In this document: one piece after another, positions 56,430-64,000 of the stretch
Layout of the letters: each line of letters begins with the position of its first letter
Numbering within the stretch: position 1 is the stretch's first letter
DNA from: a virus
DNA: 64,000 nt
IMG/VR virus record: IMGVR_UViG_3300031552_000003
Coordinates: 11,422 to 75,421 of that record
Direction: 5' to 3' (one strand)
Made by a program: the position numbers and the translations under genes
Notes under the pieces: model-generated
Told to the model about the DNA's origin: nothing
Seen by the model: the letters and a program-made list of their open reading frames with translations, nothing else
The model's database searches: none

Positions 56430-58181
56430 TTATTCCCAATTGTATTTTTTATGAAATGTAAATTTTCCTGAATCTTGCATTTCTTTTTTTATTTCTTTTG
56501 CTGTTGTTATCATTTTATCTAATTCAATATAAGAGTTCATTAATTCCATTAGTAGTGATTCTTTTCCGGTTTCAATTCCATCAATTACACCGTCGATTAT
56601 TTTTCTTTTTTTGTCTAAAAGTTCGGCAATCTTTTCTTCAATTGTATTAAGTGCAAGCAAATAGTAGATATTTACCCCACGTGTTTGTCCAATACGATGT
56701 ACCCGATCTGCGGCTTGATCCATTATTTTTGGGTTCCAACCAAGTTCTAACATTACCACATCACTTGAAGCAGTTAAAGTTATTCCTACCCCACCTGCTT
56801 TTAAGTTCATGATGAATAACTTATAAACAGGGTCTTTTTGAAAATTATCAACAACTTCCTGTCTTTTTTCTCCTGTTATTGTCCCATCAAGTTTAAGGCT
56901 GATTCCGGGAAAAGCTTTTATAAGTTCATCGATGACAAAAGTATGGGTAGTTACAATAACTAATTTTCTATCACATTCAAGAAAATCTTTAATCCAATTA
57001 ATAGCACCTTTTAGTTTTCCTTTTACAGCAAGTTGTTTTAAAGTTTCTATTTTTTGGATTGATTCTGCATTGCTTGCACGTTCAGCAGCTTCATGCCCTT
57101 TTTGTTCTCTTACAAATTGTATAAAATCTTTTTCAGCAAAATCATACTCTTTTTGATTAGTTAATTCAATGGGTATAAAAGATGTTGTTTTTTCAGGCAA
57201 TTCTAATAAAACATCTTTTTTTAACCGTCGCAACATAATTGATTCAGTTAATATTTTATGTAATTTCGGAATATTTGTCGCCCCTGAATAAGTCCACCCA
57301 TACTCATTGTTAACAGGATTACAAAATTCCCAATAAAAATCCCATGCCACAGGAAATAAAGCAGGATTAATCATGTTAATTGTATTATATAATTCTGATG
57401 GATGGTTTTCAATAGGGGTTCCGGTCAAGGCCATAAAAGTTGAAATACTTTTTTTAATTTTTTTAAAAGCTTTTGTCCTTTTGGCGGAGCTGTTTTTTAT
57501 CGCTTGCGTTTCATCAGCAATAATCATGTTAAAAGGGTATTTTCCTATTACATTTGTCCAATGCGTTAAAATATCATAGTTTATAATGCAAATATCAGCA
57601 TGTATTTTAAAAGGGGTTTCCCCTGACAAAATTTGAACGTTAGGAGTTGGGCTCATCCATTTTTGGATCTCCCTTTTCCAGTTAATTTTTACAGCTGCTG
57701 GTGTTACTATTAAAGCTGGCAATTTTTCTTTTCTTAGTTGTAAGTATGCAATTGTTTCAATTGTTTTGCCTAACCCCATATCGTCGGCATTAAGAATATT
57801 TCCATTTTTTGCATCTGCAAAAATAACGCTTGCTTTTTGAAATGGGCGCAATTTTCCTTTTAAACCCGGGATAGACAAGTTTATTTTTTCCATTTCAGCA
57901 AACTTTGTTTTTTTGATTAATTCTTGTGTGTTTTGATAATACTCTTTTAATTTATCATCTATAGAATACCCCCAGGAAATTAATATTTGTAATGATTCAA
58001 CAGATAATGGACAAGACCAACATTTTAATCCACTATGATATTTTCTACCATACAATGTTCGAATATTGTTTAAATCATTATGATTGAAAGGAAATTTGAT
58101 TTTGATAACTAACATGCCTTTTTCATTTGTAACAAGGGATGCGGTTTTAAACATTACTTTAGGGTAAGTTGTGCTTTGCAT
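56430..58181 (-). CDS. SNF2-family (HARP/SMARCAL1-like) helicase
   Basis: ADDMGLGKT, DETQ, LTGTP, LRRLK, GVGITL, QAADRVHRIGQ. Confidence 0.93.
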   Translation of the reverse strand: MQSTTYPKVMFKTASLVTNEKGMLVIKIKFPFNHNDLNNIRTLYGRKYHSGLKCWSCPLSVESLQILISWGYSIDDKLKEYYQNTQELIKKTKFAEMEKINLSIPGLKGKLRPFQKASVIFADAKNGNILNADDMGLGKTIETIAYLQLRKEKLPALIVTPAAVKINWKREIQKWMSPTPNVQILSGETPFKIHADICIINYDILTHWTNVIGKYPFNMIIADETQAIKNSSAKRTKAFKKIKKSISTFMALTGTPIENHPSELYNTINMINPALFPVAWDFYWEFCNPVNNEYGWTYSGATNIPKLHKILTESIMLRRLKKDVLLELPEKTTSFIPIELTNQKEYDFAEKDFIQFVREQKGHEAAERASNAESIQKIETLKQLAVKGKLKGAINWIKDFLECDRKLVIVTTHTFVIDELIKAFPGISLKLDGTITGEKRQEVVDNFQKDPVYKLFIMNLKAGGVGITLTASSDVVMLELGWNPKIMDQAADRVHRIGQTRGVNIYYLLALNTIEEKIAELLDKKRKIIDGVIDGIETGKESLLMELMNSYIELDKMITTAKEIKKEMQDSGKFTFHKKYNWE

Positions 58182-58187
58182 TTTGTT

Positions 58188-58712
58188 TTAAGATTTATAT
58201 ATTATTACCTTTTGGATGAAATTTAAATATTGCTTTGCATATATGCAATTTTCACCATATACAGTAATTACACGGTTTTTAAATTCATCAATAGTCCCTT
58301 TAAAACAACCACATATAACCAATTCTTTTTTATCAGTCCAATATACAGTAGTTTGCGCATTTCTTGATCCTATTTTTGAAGATACAATTCGCTGTGGGTT
58401 TTCTTCAAAATCACTGCAACCACTGCAACCACTGCAACCACTGCAACCACTGCAACCACTGCAACCACAGCAACCACAGCAACCACAGCAACCACTGCAA
58501 CTACTGCAATCACTGCAACCACAGCAACCACTGCAATCACAGCAACCACTGCAATCACTGCAACCACTGCAATCACTGCAACCACTGCAATCACTGCAAT
58601 CACTGCAATTTACTAAAGATTTACTTTTTAAAATGGCTGTTTCTTCTGTTTCAAATATACAGTTCCATTTATTATTGTTTTCATCGATCCAATAATTATT
58701 TATTTTTTTCAT
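58188..58712 (-). CDS. Cys-rich CxX tripeptide repeat protein with DUF5758-like C-terminal domain
   Basis: 22 CSG/CSD/CCG-type units; C-terminal GSRN...CGCFKGTIDEF...Y. Confidence 0.75.
   Translation of the reverse strand: MKKINNYWIDENNNKWNCIFETEETAILKSKSLVNCSDCSDCSGCSDCSGCSDCSGCCDCSGCCGCSDCSSCSGCCGCCGCCGCSGCSGCSGCSGCSGCSDFEENPQRIVSSKIGSRNAQTTVYWTDKKELVICGCFKGTIDEFKNRVITVYGENCIYAKQYLNFIQKVIIYKS
58410..58607. repeat. 9-bp tandem repeat, 22 units
   Basis: (AYCACWGCA)n on + strand. Confidence 0.95.
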
Positions 58713-58732
58713 GATTAGAAAATTTAAAAATA

Positions 58733-59227
58733 TTAAGAATTGTTTTTGATTTTATTATATCGCTTTACAAAATTTTGTACATATTTAGGCACATTATACG
58801 CCACACCATACCTATTGATACCTATTTTCTTTTTCCAGTTAACATGTGTCCCGGAATTCCATTTAGCAGCAATTTGTTGTATAGTGTAACCAGCATCAAC
58901 CCAATCTGTAATAACAATATTTACTATTTTGTTTTGATTTTCTATGGTCATTTTTAAATGGTGCCCAAAATATTTGACACACCAATAATTCCATGTAGCT
59001 GGCATTATTTGATATTCCCCTCTTTCACCGGATCCCCCATGTGCCTGATTATTTCCTCGTGATTCTTGCCAGGATATTGTTTTAATTATTTTATGCACAT
59101 ATTCGTTTTTTTCTGATAAAACTTTTAATTTTTCATACCATGATATGTTAAAAATTTTATCATTTATAGGAGAAAAAGCATACAAAGGAACAATAATCAT
59201 TATTAACATTAATATTGATTTTTTCAT
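58733..59227 (-). CDS. Lytic transglycosylase (SLT-like) with N-terminal signal/anchor
   Basis: QES catalytic Glu, GEYQIMPATW, WNSG, YV. Confidence 0.85.
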   Translation of the reverse strand: MKKSILMLIMIIVPLYAFSPINDKIFNISWYEKLKVLSEKNEYVHKIIKTISWQESRGNNQAHGGSGERGEYQIMPATWNYWCVKYFGHHLKMTIENQNKIVNIVITDWVDAGYTIQQIAAKWNSGTHVNWKKKIGINRYGVAYNVPKYVQNFVKRYNKIKNNS

Positions 59228-59409
59228 TTTTGCTTATTTTTAGTGAATACTAATTTTTTTTTCAAAAAATTTAATTGGTTGAAATTCATTTGTGTAAGTA
59301 AATTGGCAGTTTTTTTTGAGGTTATGTTTTGTTCTTTTATCAAAGAATTTATTAGAATTTCTTTATATAGTTTCATAATGATTAAATTTAATTGATTTGT
59401 ACCTATAAA

Positions 59410-59436
59410 ACCTCGTATCCTTAACGAATACGAGGT
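59410..59436 (-). terminator. Hairpin, probable terminator
   Basis: ACCTCGTAT...ATACGAGGT with a U-tract on the minus strand. Confidence 0.55.
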
Positions 59437-59469
59437 AAAATCTAATTTAACCTATGAAAAAACCTAATA

Positions 59470-59477
59470 CAAATATA
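59470..59477 (-). promoter_or_regulatory. Bacteroidota-type -7 box TATATTTG
   Basis: TAnnTTTG, intergenic. Confidence 0.5.
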
Positions 59478-59485
59478 TAATTTAA

Positions 59486-59785
59486 TTAATTATTTAAATA
59501 ATTGAATAATTTAGGATGAATTTCTTTTGCTTGTTTTTCAGATATTCGTTTACAATTATTATGTAAATAAGCAGTTGAACATCCGGAAAAACAACAATTA
59601 GAATTACGTATAAAAGAAACACCTGATATACAATCTATGGTTGTAGAATTGTTATGATATAAAGGCTTATTACCGTCAAGAAGTATAGCTAAACAATTTC
59701 CTGTATGGTTACCTAAATTTTTACGGGTTGCTTTTCTTTTTTCTTTTGTAGAATCATATTCTACATAAAATCTAAAGTTTTTCAT
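59486..59785 (-). CDS. Hypothetical protein
   Basis: YL...CKRISEKQAKEIHPKLF.YL. Confidence 0.6.
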   Translation of the reverse strand: MKNFRFYVEYDSTKEKRKATRKNLGNHTGNCLAILLDGNKPLYHNNSTTIDCISGVSFIRNSNCCFSGCSTAYLHNNCKRISEKQAKEIHPKLFNYLNN

Positions 59786-59795
59786 AATGATTAAA

Positions 59796-60041
59796 TTAAT
59801 TTTTAATAGTTTTAATAAAACAAAATTTTTTTACCAAACCGGGAGAATTATTAAGATCATTGTTTTTTGAATAGTAAACAGGGGAGTTAATTATATGTGA
59901 AAAAGAATCTATCCGCATATTTTTTAACCATAGGAAAAGTTCTTTTTTTTCTTTTTCAAATAATCCTGTACAATCATTATATAATAATAGTTTTGTGTAG
60001 ATGTTTGGTAAAACAAATGTGTAAATTATATTTCTTGTCAT
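59796..60041 (-). CDS. Hypothetical protein
   Basis: ORF in early array. Confidence 0.5.
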   Translation of the reverse strand: MTRNIIYTFVLPNIYTKLLLYNDCTGLFEKEKKELFLWLKNMRIDSFSHIINSPVYYSKNNDLNNSPGLVKKFCFIKTIKN

Positions 60042-60055
60042 ATGATAAGAAGTTT

Positions 60056-60268
60056 TTAATTTTCAGAAAACTTTTCATTTATTACTACTTCAAAATCAAT
60101 ACCGGCCAAGATATATTCTATACTATCAATAGTACTATCAAGTTTTTCACTTGCTATATCCATTTTAAAAACAGTAGGCAGTATATACTTTCCCTCAAGA
60201 ATAGTATCTAAATGTTTTTTTGCTTCTTTTACATCGTTTGGGTTGATAATAAAAAATACTTTTTTCAT
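60056..60268 (-). CDS. Hypothetical protein, paralog of 62012-62221
   Basis: Colinear similarity (FII...DVK...HL.T...P.VFKM...TI..I..IL.GI). Confidence 0.65.
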   Translation of the reverse strand: MKKVFFIINPNDVKEAKKHLDTILEGKYILPTVFKMDIASEKLDSTIDSIEYILAGIDFEVVINEKFSEN

Positions 60269-60315
60269 AATGATTAGAATTTTAAACTGTTATTATTTAG
60301 ATGTTAGGGGCGACA

Positions 60316-60681
60316 TTAAACAGCTACTTGCAAAAGTTCAGCGTTTTGATAAATATTACCAATTACATCAATAAAGCATATTTGTAATTCGCCAATTAAT
60401 CCGTATTGTTTACCGTTACAAAATGCCATAAAACAACCATATTCAAAGTGAACCTCAAATATTTCTTTTTCGGTACCAAGTTTAAAAATGTCACCTTCGT
60501 AAATTTCCTTCCCATTTTTGTCTTTAAGTCCTGTAAATTGCATCAAAATATCCCCATCATCTACTTTTACTTTCCCATTTGAAGCTTCTTTAATTGACCA
60601 TAAATAAGCAATTTCAGTTTCGGGCGAATACATCACTTTTAATGTATTACTGTAAAGTCTAAATTTAATTTCTCTGTCCAT
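60316..60681 (-). CDS. YopX family protein
   Basis: REIKFR, LMQFTGLKDKNGKEIYEGDI, VIGNIYQN. Confidence 0.92.
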   Translation of the reverse strand: MDREIKFRLYSNTLKVMYSPETEIAYLWSIKEASNGKVKVDDGDILMQFTGLKDKNGKEIYEGDIFKLGTEKEIFEVHFEYGCFMAFCNGKQYGLIGELQICFIDVIGNIYQNAELLQVAV

Positions 60682-60720
60682 ATATCTATTTTTAGTAAGT
60701 TTTTAATTTCTACCGCCAAA

Positions 60721-60746
60721 ACCCCGGCACTCGAAAGATACCGGGG
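60721..60746 (-). terminator. GC-rich hairpin
   Basis: CCCCGG...CCGGGG followed by UUUU on the minus strand. Confidence 0.5.
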
Positions 60747-60889
60747 CAAACCAATAAAACTAAATGAAAAAACAAATTTACTTTTGAAAATGAAAATTTC
60801 TGGTAAAAAAACAAGCAGAAATATAAGCAACACTAAAGATTAAAATAATTACTATCATAATTGAAAAAGTTTTAAAGTGATTATTATTA

Positions 60890-61291
60890 TTATTCTATTT
60901 CTTGCATTTCTTCAATTTCATCAGTTGAAAAAAGATAACAAACGCTCGAATATTCATCTTTTACAGCGTTGTATGTTTTTTCAGCTTTTTTACTATCAGT
61001 ATCATATCCAAAGTCAGAGCAAAAATCCTCAAATGTTCCAGGATCATGTTTTGTTAAACATGCTAAAACATCATATTCATTAGGCATTTTACGACTAATT
61101 TTTCTGCTTTCGAGTATGCTTTGTCCGAACGTAAAAGAATACGAGCGGGGGCCACGAATTAAAGTGATATTATAAATATCTCGCTCTTCTTTGTCATCAG
61201 GAAAGTATTTATCTGTTTTTAAATACTCTGTTTTAAATGTTGTTTTTGTCTTTTTTAAAAAGTCTGTTGCTTTTTTAATATAAGTTTTCAT
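60890..61291 (-). CDS. Hypothetical conserved phage protein
   Basis: YDVLACL...DPGTFEDFCSDFGYDTDS. Confidence 0.7.
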   Translation of the reverse strand: MKTYIKKATDFLKKTKTTFKTEYLKTDKYFPDDKEERDIYNITLIRGPRSYSFTFGQSILESRKISRKMPNEYDVLACLTKHDPGTFEDFCSDFGYDTDSKKAEKTYNAVKDEYSSVCYLFSTDEIEEMQEIE

Positions 61292-61333
61292 GGTTAAAAA
61301 GTTTTAAGTATTTGGTTTATATTATGTAATATT

Positions 61334-61567
61334 TTAAATTTCATAGTTGAAATTAAAGTTTATGAAATAAACGACTTCGTCCCATTTTTTTGTCCACAAT
61401 TCCGGGTGTCCATTTATTTCTTCGATTTCTTCATCAGATAGGTACCAAAAAAAATAGTTATCGTTGTTGTAAGCTTCAGAAATTAGGTATTCGGCTACGT
61501 TTCCTTTTATAAACGATTTATTATCGTTTACGTAGCATTGTGTTAAGGTAAGGATTGATGTTTTCAT
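61334..61567 (-). CDS. Hypothetical protein
   Basis: Shares leader TACTTAAAACTTTTTAACC-ATG with 61291. Confidence 0.6.
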   Translation of the reverse strand: MKTSILTLTQCYVNDNKSFIKGNVAEYLISEAYNNDNYFFWYLSDEEIEEINGHPELWTKKWDEVVYFINFNFNYEI

Positions 61568-61653
61568 GGTTAAAAAGTTTTAAGTAAACCGGGGCCGTAG
61601 CCCCACGCACGGTTTACACGCTTTAATCATTGTTTTTTAGCTATTGTTATTTA

Positions 61654-61810
61654 GTTATGTGCTATTTATAATTCAGGATAATCTGATCTATCCATTCTCA
61701 TAGCATATTCAAAACTGTCTGCAAGTTTTTTATTACATTTTTTACATAGGTTACAGTTTGTAATTTTAACAAACTCAATGTTTTTATTACTACCACAAAT
61801 AGCACATAAC
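61654..61810. repeat. Perfect 14-bp inverted repeat GTTATGTGCTATTT / AAATAGCACATAAC
   Basis: Arms at 61654-61667 and 61797-61810 bracket the 3' part of an ORF. Confidence 0.8.
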
Positions 61811-61995
61811 AAAGTATGTATGTCAGTTGCGGTTTTGTAGTTATTTGAAATTTTGTTCATTAATTCCCATTTCCATACTGTATAAATCAATTTACCCGTT
61901 ACGTGCTTAAAATCGTGTTTGTTCATAAACCTGAATCTTTCAGGTGCGGATAATGTTTGCCACCATTCGATATGTTTTCCTTTATTGTAGTTCAT
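61666..61995 (-). CDS. Hypothetical protein with C-terminal zinc ribbon
   Basis: Likely start MNYNK; CAIC...CKKC. Confidence 0.55.
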   Translation of the reverse strand: MNYNKGKHIEWWQTLSAPERFRFMNKHDFKHVTGKLIYTVWKWELMNKISNNYKTATDIHTLLCAICGSNKNIEFVKITNCNLCKKCNKKLADSFEYAMRMDRSDYPEL

Positions 61996-62011
61996 TTTGT
62001 TAAGTTCTTTT

Positions 62012-62221
62012 TTAGTTAATAGAAAATAAATCATTTACAATAATATCATAGTTAATCCCGGACAAGATAAAATCAATTCCGTTTATAGTGCCGTTAAAAT
62101 TTTCCTCTGCAACTTCCATTTTAAACACATTAGGATGAATAAAAGAGCCTTTTAATGTGTTTAAATGTTCACGCGATTTTTTCACGTCATATTTTTCGAT
62201 TATTAAAAATAAGTTTTTCAT
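62012..62221 (-). CDS. Hypothetical protein, paralog of 60056-60268
   Basis: See paralog. Confidence 0.65.
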   Translation of the reverse strand: MKNLFLIIEKYDVKKSREHLNTLKGSFIHPNVFKMEVAEENFNGTINGIDFILSGINYDIIVNDLFSIN

Positions 62222-62320
62222 GATTTAAAGGTTGTTAAATTGAATATTTAAACTAAAGACATGTAATTGTACAAATCTATATCGTAAGTTTAACCTACGC
62301 ATGATTAAACATGTTTTTAG

Positions 62321-62986
62321 CTATAATTCAGATTCGACAAAATACCCTGATTCATCTTTTTTTATTTCGGATGGCAAATTATCAATAGGTACATCATAAT
62401 CTTTTAAGATTATTTCTTCATCTGTAGCAATTCTTTCAATACCTATAATACCGTTTTTTAAAGTAATTATAATCATAGCTTTATTTTCAAAATTGGTTTT
62501 ATTTTCTTTGTCCCAAACAAAACTGTATTGTATTGCTTCCGCGATATGGCAAGCTGTAATAATCTTACTAAATTCCATTTGAGCAATTACATTACTGATT
62601 TTTTCAATTAAATCAATTCGAGATAACGACAAATCAAGTTTATCAATTGCATTTTTTAATAAACTGTTTATACCAATATCCGGTTTCCAAACAGGAGACG
62701 GGGATTGTTTTGATTTAATAATTCTTTTTTTAATATCTTCAATAGTTTCAAAGTGTTTTTCATTTTCAAAAAACGAAAGGGCTGGTTTTGATAATTCTAT
62801 GTTTATATCCCCATTTTTTGAAAAGTTACCAAAGAACCCTTTGCAAAAATCTTTGATTGTTTGATAATCACTTTCAGCGTTAGGGTATTCTTGTTTATCA
62901 AACCAAATCGATATACTAAAATTTCCTGTTTTTGCAATTTCAATAGCCCTAAAAAGATTTGGCCAAATTCCTATGATGTTTTTCAT
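62321..62986 (-). CDS. ComM/YifB (Mg-chelatase-like) derived protein lacking the ATPase core
   Basis: RAIEIAKTG and LS...IEKISNVIAQME...HIAEAIQY resemble ComM segments; no Walker A/B. Confidence 0.55.
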   Translation of the reverse strand: MKNIIGIWPNLFRAIEIAKTGNFSISIWFDKQEYPNAESDYQTIKDFCKGFFGNFSKNGDINIELSKPALSFFENEKHFETIEDIKKRIIKSKQSPSPVWKPDIGINSLLKNAIDKLDLSLSRIDLIEKISNVIAQMEFSKIITACHIAEAIQYSFVWDKENKTNFENKAMIIITLKNGIIGIERIATDEEIILKDYDVPIDNLPSEIKKDESGYFVESEL

Positions 62987-63016
62987 GATTAAAAAGTTTT
63001 AGTTTATACCTGTAAA

Positions 63017-63043
63017 ATCCGCTATCCAATGTGAATAGCGGAT
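63017..63043 (-). terminator. Hairpin, probable terminator
   Basis: ATCCGCTAT...ATAGCGGAT followed by UUU on the minus strand. Confidence 0.6.
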
Positions 63044-63066
63044 AAACTTATATTTTTATTGAAACA

Positions 63067-63333
63067 TTATAATTCATCATCAACCTGACAACAATATTTT
63101 GCATCATCAAAATCATCGTATTCCAGATGGCAACATGGGCAAACATATACAGTTTTGTATTCCTGATAATCATTAAATCCGCAACGATAAGCGGTAGGAT
63201 CAACACTTTGTAAGATATCCGAAGGAAGATACCCCATAAATTCAGGATAACATTCATCTAACATATCATCATAGTCTTCCATTGTGTACATTTCCACTTC
63301 TTTTGAAGTAGGATTAATAAGTTTAGTTTTCAT
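63067..63333 (-). CDS. Acidic hypothetical early protein
   Basis: Likely start MKTKL at 63333; YDDMLDECY, VDPTAYRCG, CPCC. Confidence 0.65.
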   Translation of the reverse strand: MKTKLINPTSKEVEMYTMEDYDDMLDECYPEFMGYLPSDILQSVDPTAYRCGFNDYQEYKTVYVCPCCHLEYDDFDDAKYCCQVDDEL

Positions 63334-63350
63334 TGTATTAAGTTTTAATT

Positions 63351-63405
63351 GGTTAAGATACATTATCAAATGTATTTCGGCTATAAAAGCACTCATCAGT
63401 TAACC
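63351..63405 (-). ncRNA. Type I hammerhead ribozyme
   Basis: GGUUAA CUGAUGA GUGCU-UUUAU-AGCC GAAA UACAUU-UGAU-AAUGUA UC UUAACC: full catalytic core, three stems, AUC cleavage triplet. Confidence 0.88.
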
Positions 63406-63541
63406 TAAAAAAAAGAAAATCAAAAAGGGGGAATATAATTAAAAAAAAATATCAAAGAGTAATCAACTTTGCTTGTTATTTCAATATCAAAAATCATAAA
63501 CCCCTTTTTGATTATCTAAAAAAAGCCTATTTTGTTTTAAT

Positions 63542-63720
63542 CAACGCTATTTACGTATTTATCCCTTTTGGTTGGCCGATGTTTCAGGCCGATTGTCCTG
63601 GTTAAAGTAAAAGGGCAAATCCCTGGTTTATACGAAACCGACGTTGGTAGATATTCGCTTTTGGGTATGCACAGGAGTAATCTACATCCCTTCGTTTATC
63701 AGTGAAATAAACCTCACTTC
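63542..63720 (-). ncRNA. Candidate structured non-coding RNA, class unknown
   Basis: ORF-free and GC-enriched; six nested or serial stems; starts just downstream of a promoter. Confidence 0.5.
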
Positions 63721-63731
63721 AAAATCATAAT

Positions 63732-63763
63732 CAAAGATACTATACAAAATCATTATCACCAAA
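63732..63763 (-). promoter_or_regulatory. Bacteroidota sigma70 promoter
   Basis: TTTG - 20 nt - TATCTTTG. Confidence 0.65.
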
Positions 63764-64000
63764 AACCACCACCTTGATACATAGCCATAAAACAACAATC
63801 TTAAATTAAATTATCAAACTTAGATTAATTTGTGATAATAAAAATACGGGCTTAAAAACAGTATAAAAACCAACCTTCAAAAAAAAGAAAAAAACCAAGC
63901 TATAAAAAAACAATAAAATTAACTAAAACTATATAGTAATGTAAGTACAATAGAGAAAAGAGAAAGGGTGATAATATAAAGGTGATAATAGGGTAAAGGG

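Larger units (their letters stand above)
1..64000. mobile_element. Tailed bacteriophage genome segment (siphovirus-like, probable Bacteroidota host)
   Basis: Head-tail operon on + strand converging on a replication/early region on - strand; no host housekeeping context; no tail sheath gene. Confidence 0.95.

Noticed and set aside
58216-58714. Alternative-frame ORFs (QPL, NHC and VAV repeats)
   Set aside because: By-products of the 9-bp repeat; only the Cys frame has plausible flanking domains and operon orientation
62253-62320. Twister or pistol ribozyme
   Set aside because: Has a closing stem and UAA..UGC, but lacks the conserved loop and pseudoknot residues of either class
1-64000. Stop-codon reassignment, tRNA genes, integrase, terminase
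   Set aside because: Standard code gives dense full-length genes; none of these elements was recognised, and terminase probably lies outside the window

Overview
AT-rich segment of a tailed dsDNA phage (siphovirus-type Caudoviricetes). The host is probably Bacteroidota, judged from TAnnTTTG -7 / TTTG -33 promoters, SD-less early genes and a Bacteroidota-phage-type tail protein. The + strand (1-28.6 kb) is the virion operon: portal, gpF-like head protein, protease/scaffold, cement, major capsid, head-tail joining, tail tube, frameshifted chaperones, tape measure and tail tip. Between the capsid gene and the head-tail adaptor sits a 13-gene, ~10.3 kb glycan cassette: six glycosyltransferase-like genes including GT11, GT47-like and GT2, a Maf/DUF115-like transferase, a ColD-like dehydratase plus Fcl/ColC-like reductase (candidate GDP-colitose route), two oxidoreductases, a methyltransferase and a sulfotransferase. 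It most plausibly glycosylates the virion. The - strand (28.6-63.4 kb) carries replication and recombination genes (split Rad50 with Mre11, RuvC, RecA, SSB, UvsY-like, DnaX, split UDG-exo/PolA, beta clamp, DnaB, DnaC-like loader, initiator with internal origin-like repeats, primase, SNF2 helicase) and many small early genes. Non-coding signals: a complete type I hammerhead ribozyme (63351-63405, - strand) downstream of a promoter-driven, multi-stem ~180 nt RNA candidate; degenerate integron-cassette-like GTT...AAC inverted ends around accessory genes; a kissing-loop leader before the initiator; and a shared ATG-RTA-CGR (M-I/V-R) start on six unrelated genes. No terminase, integrase, tRNA, rRNA or CRISPR array was recognised. 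All calls come from motif reading by eye, with no database searches.
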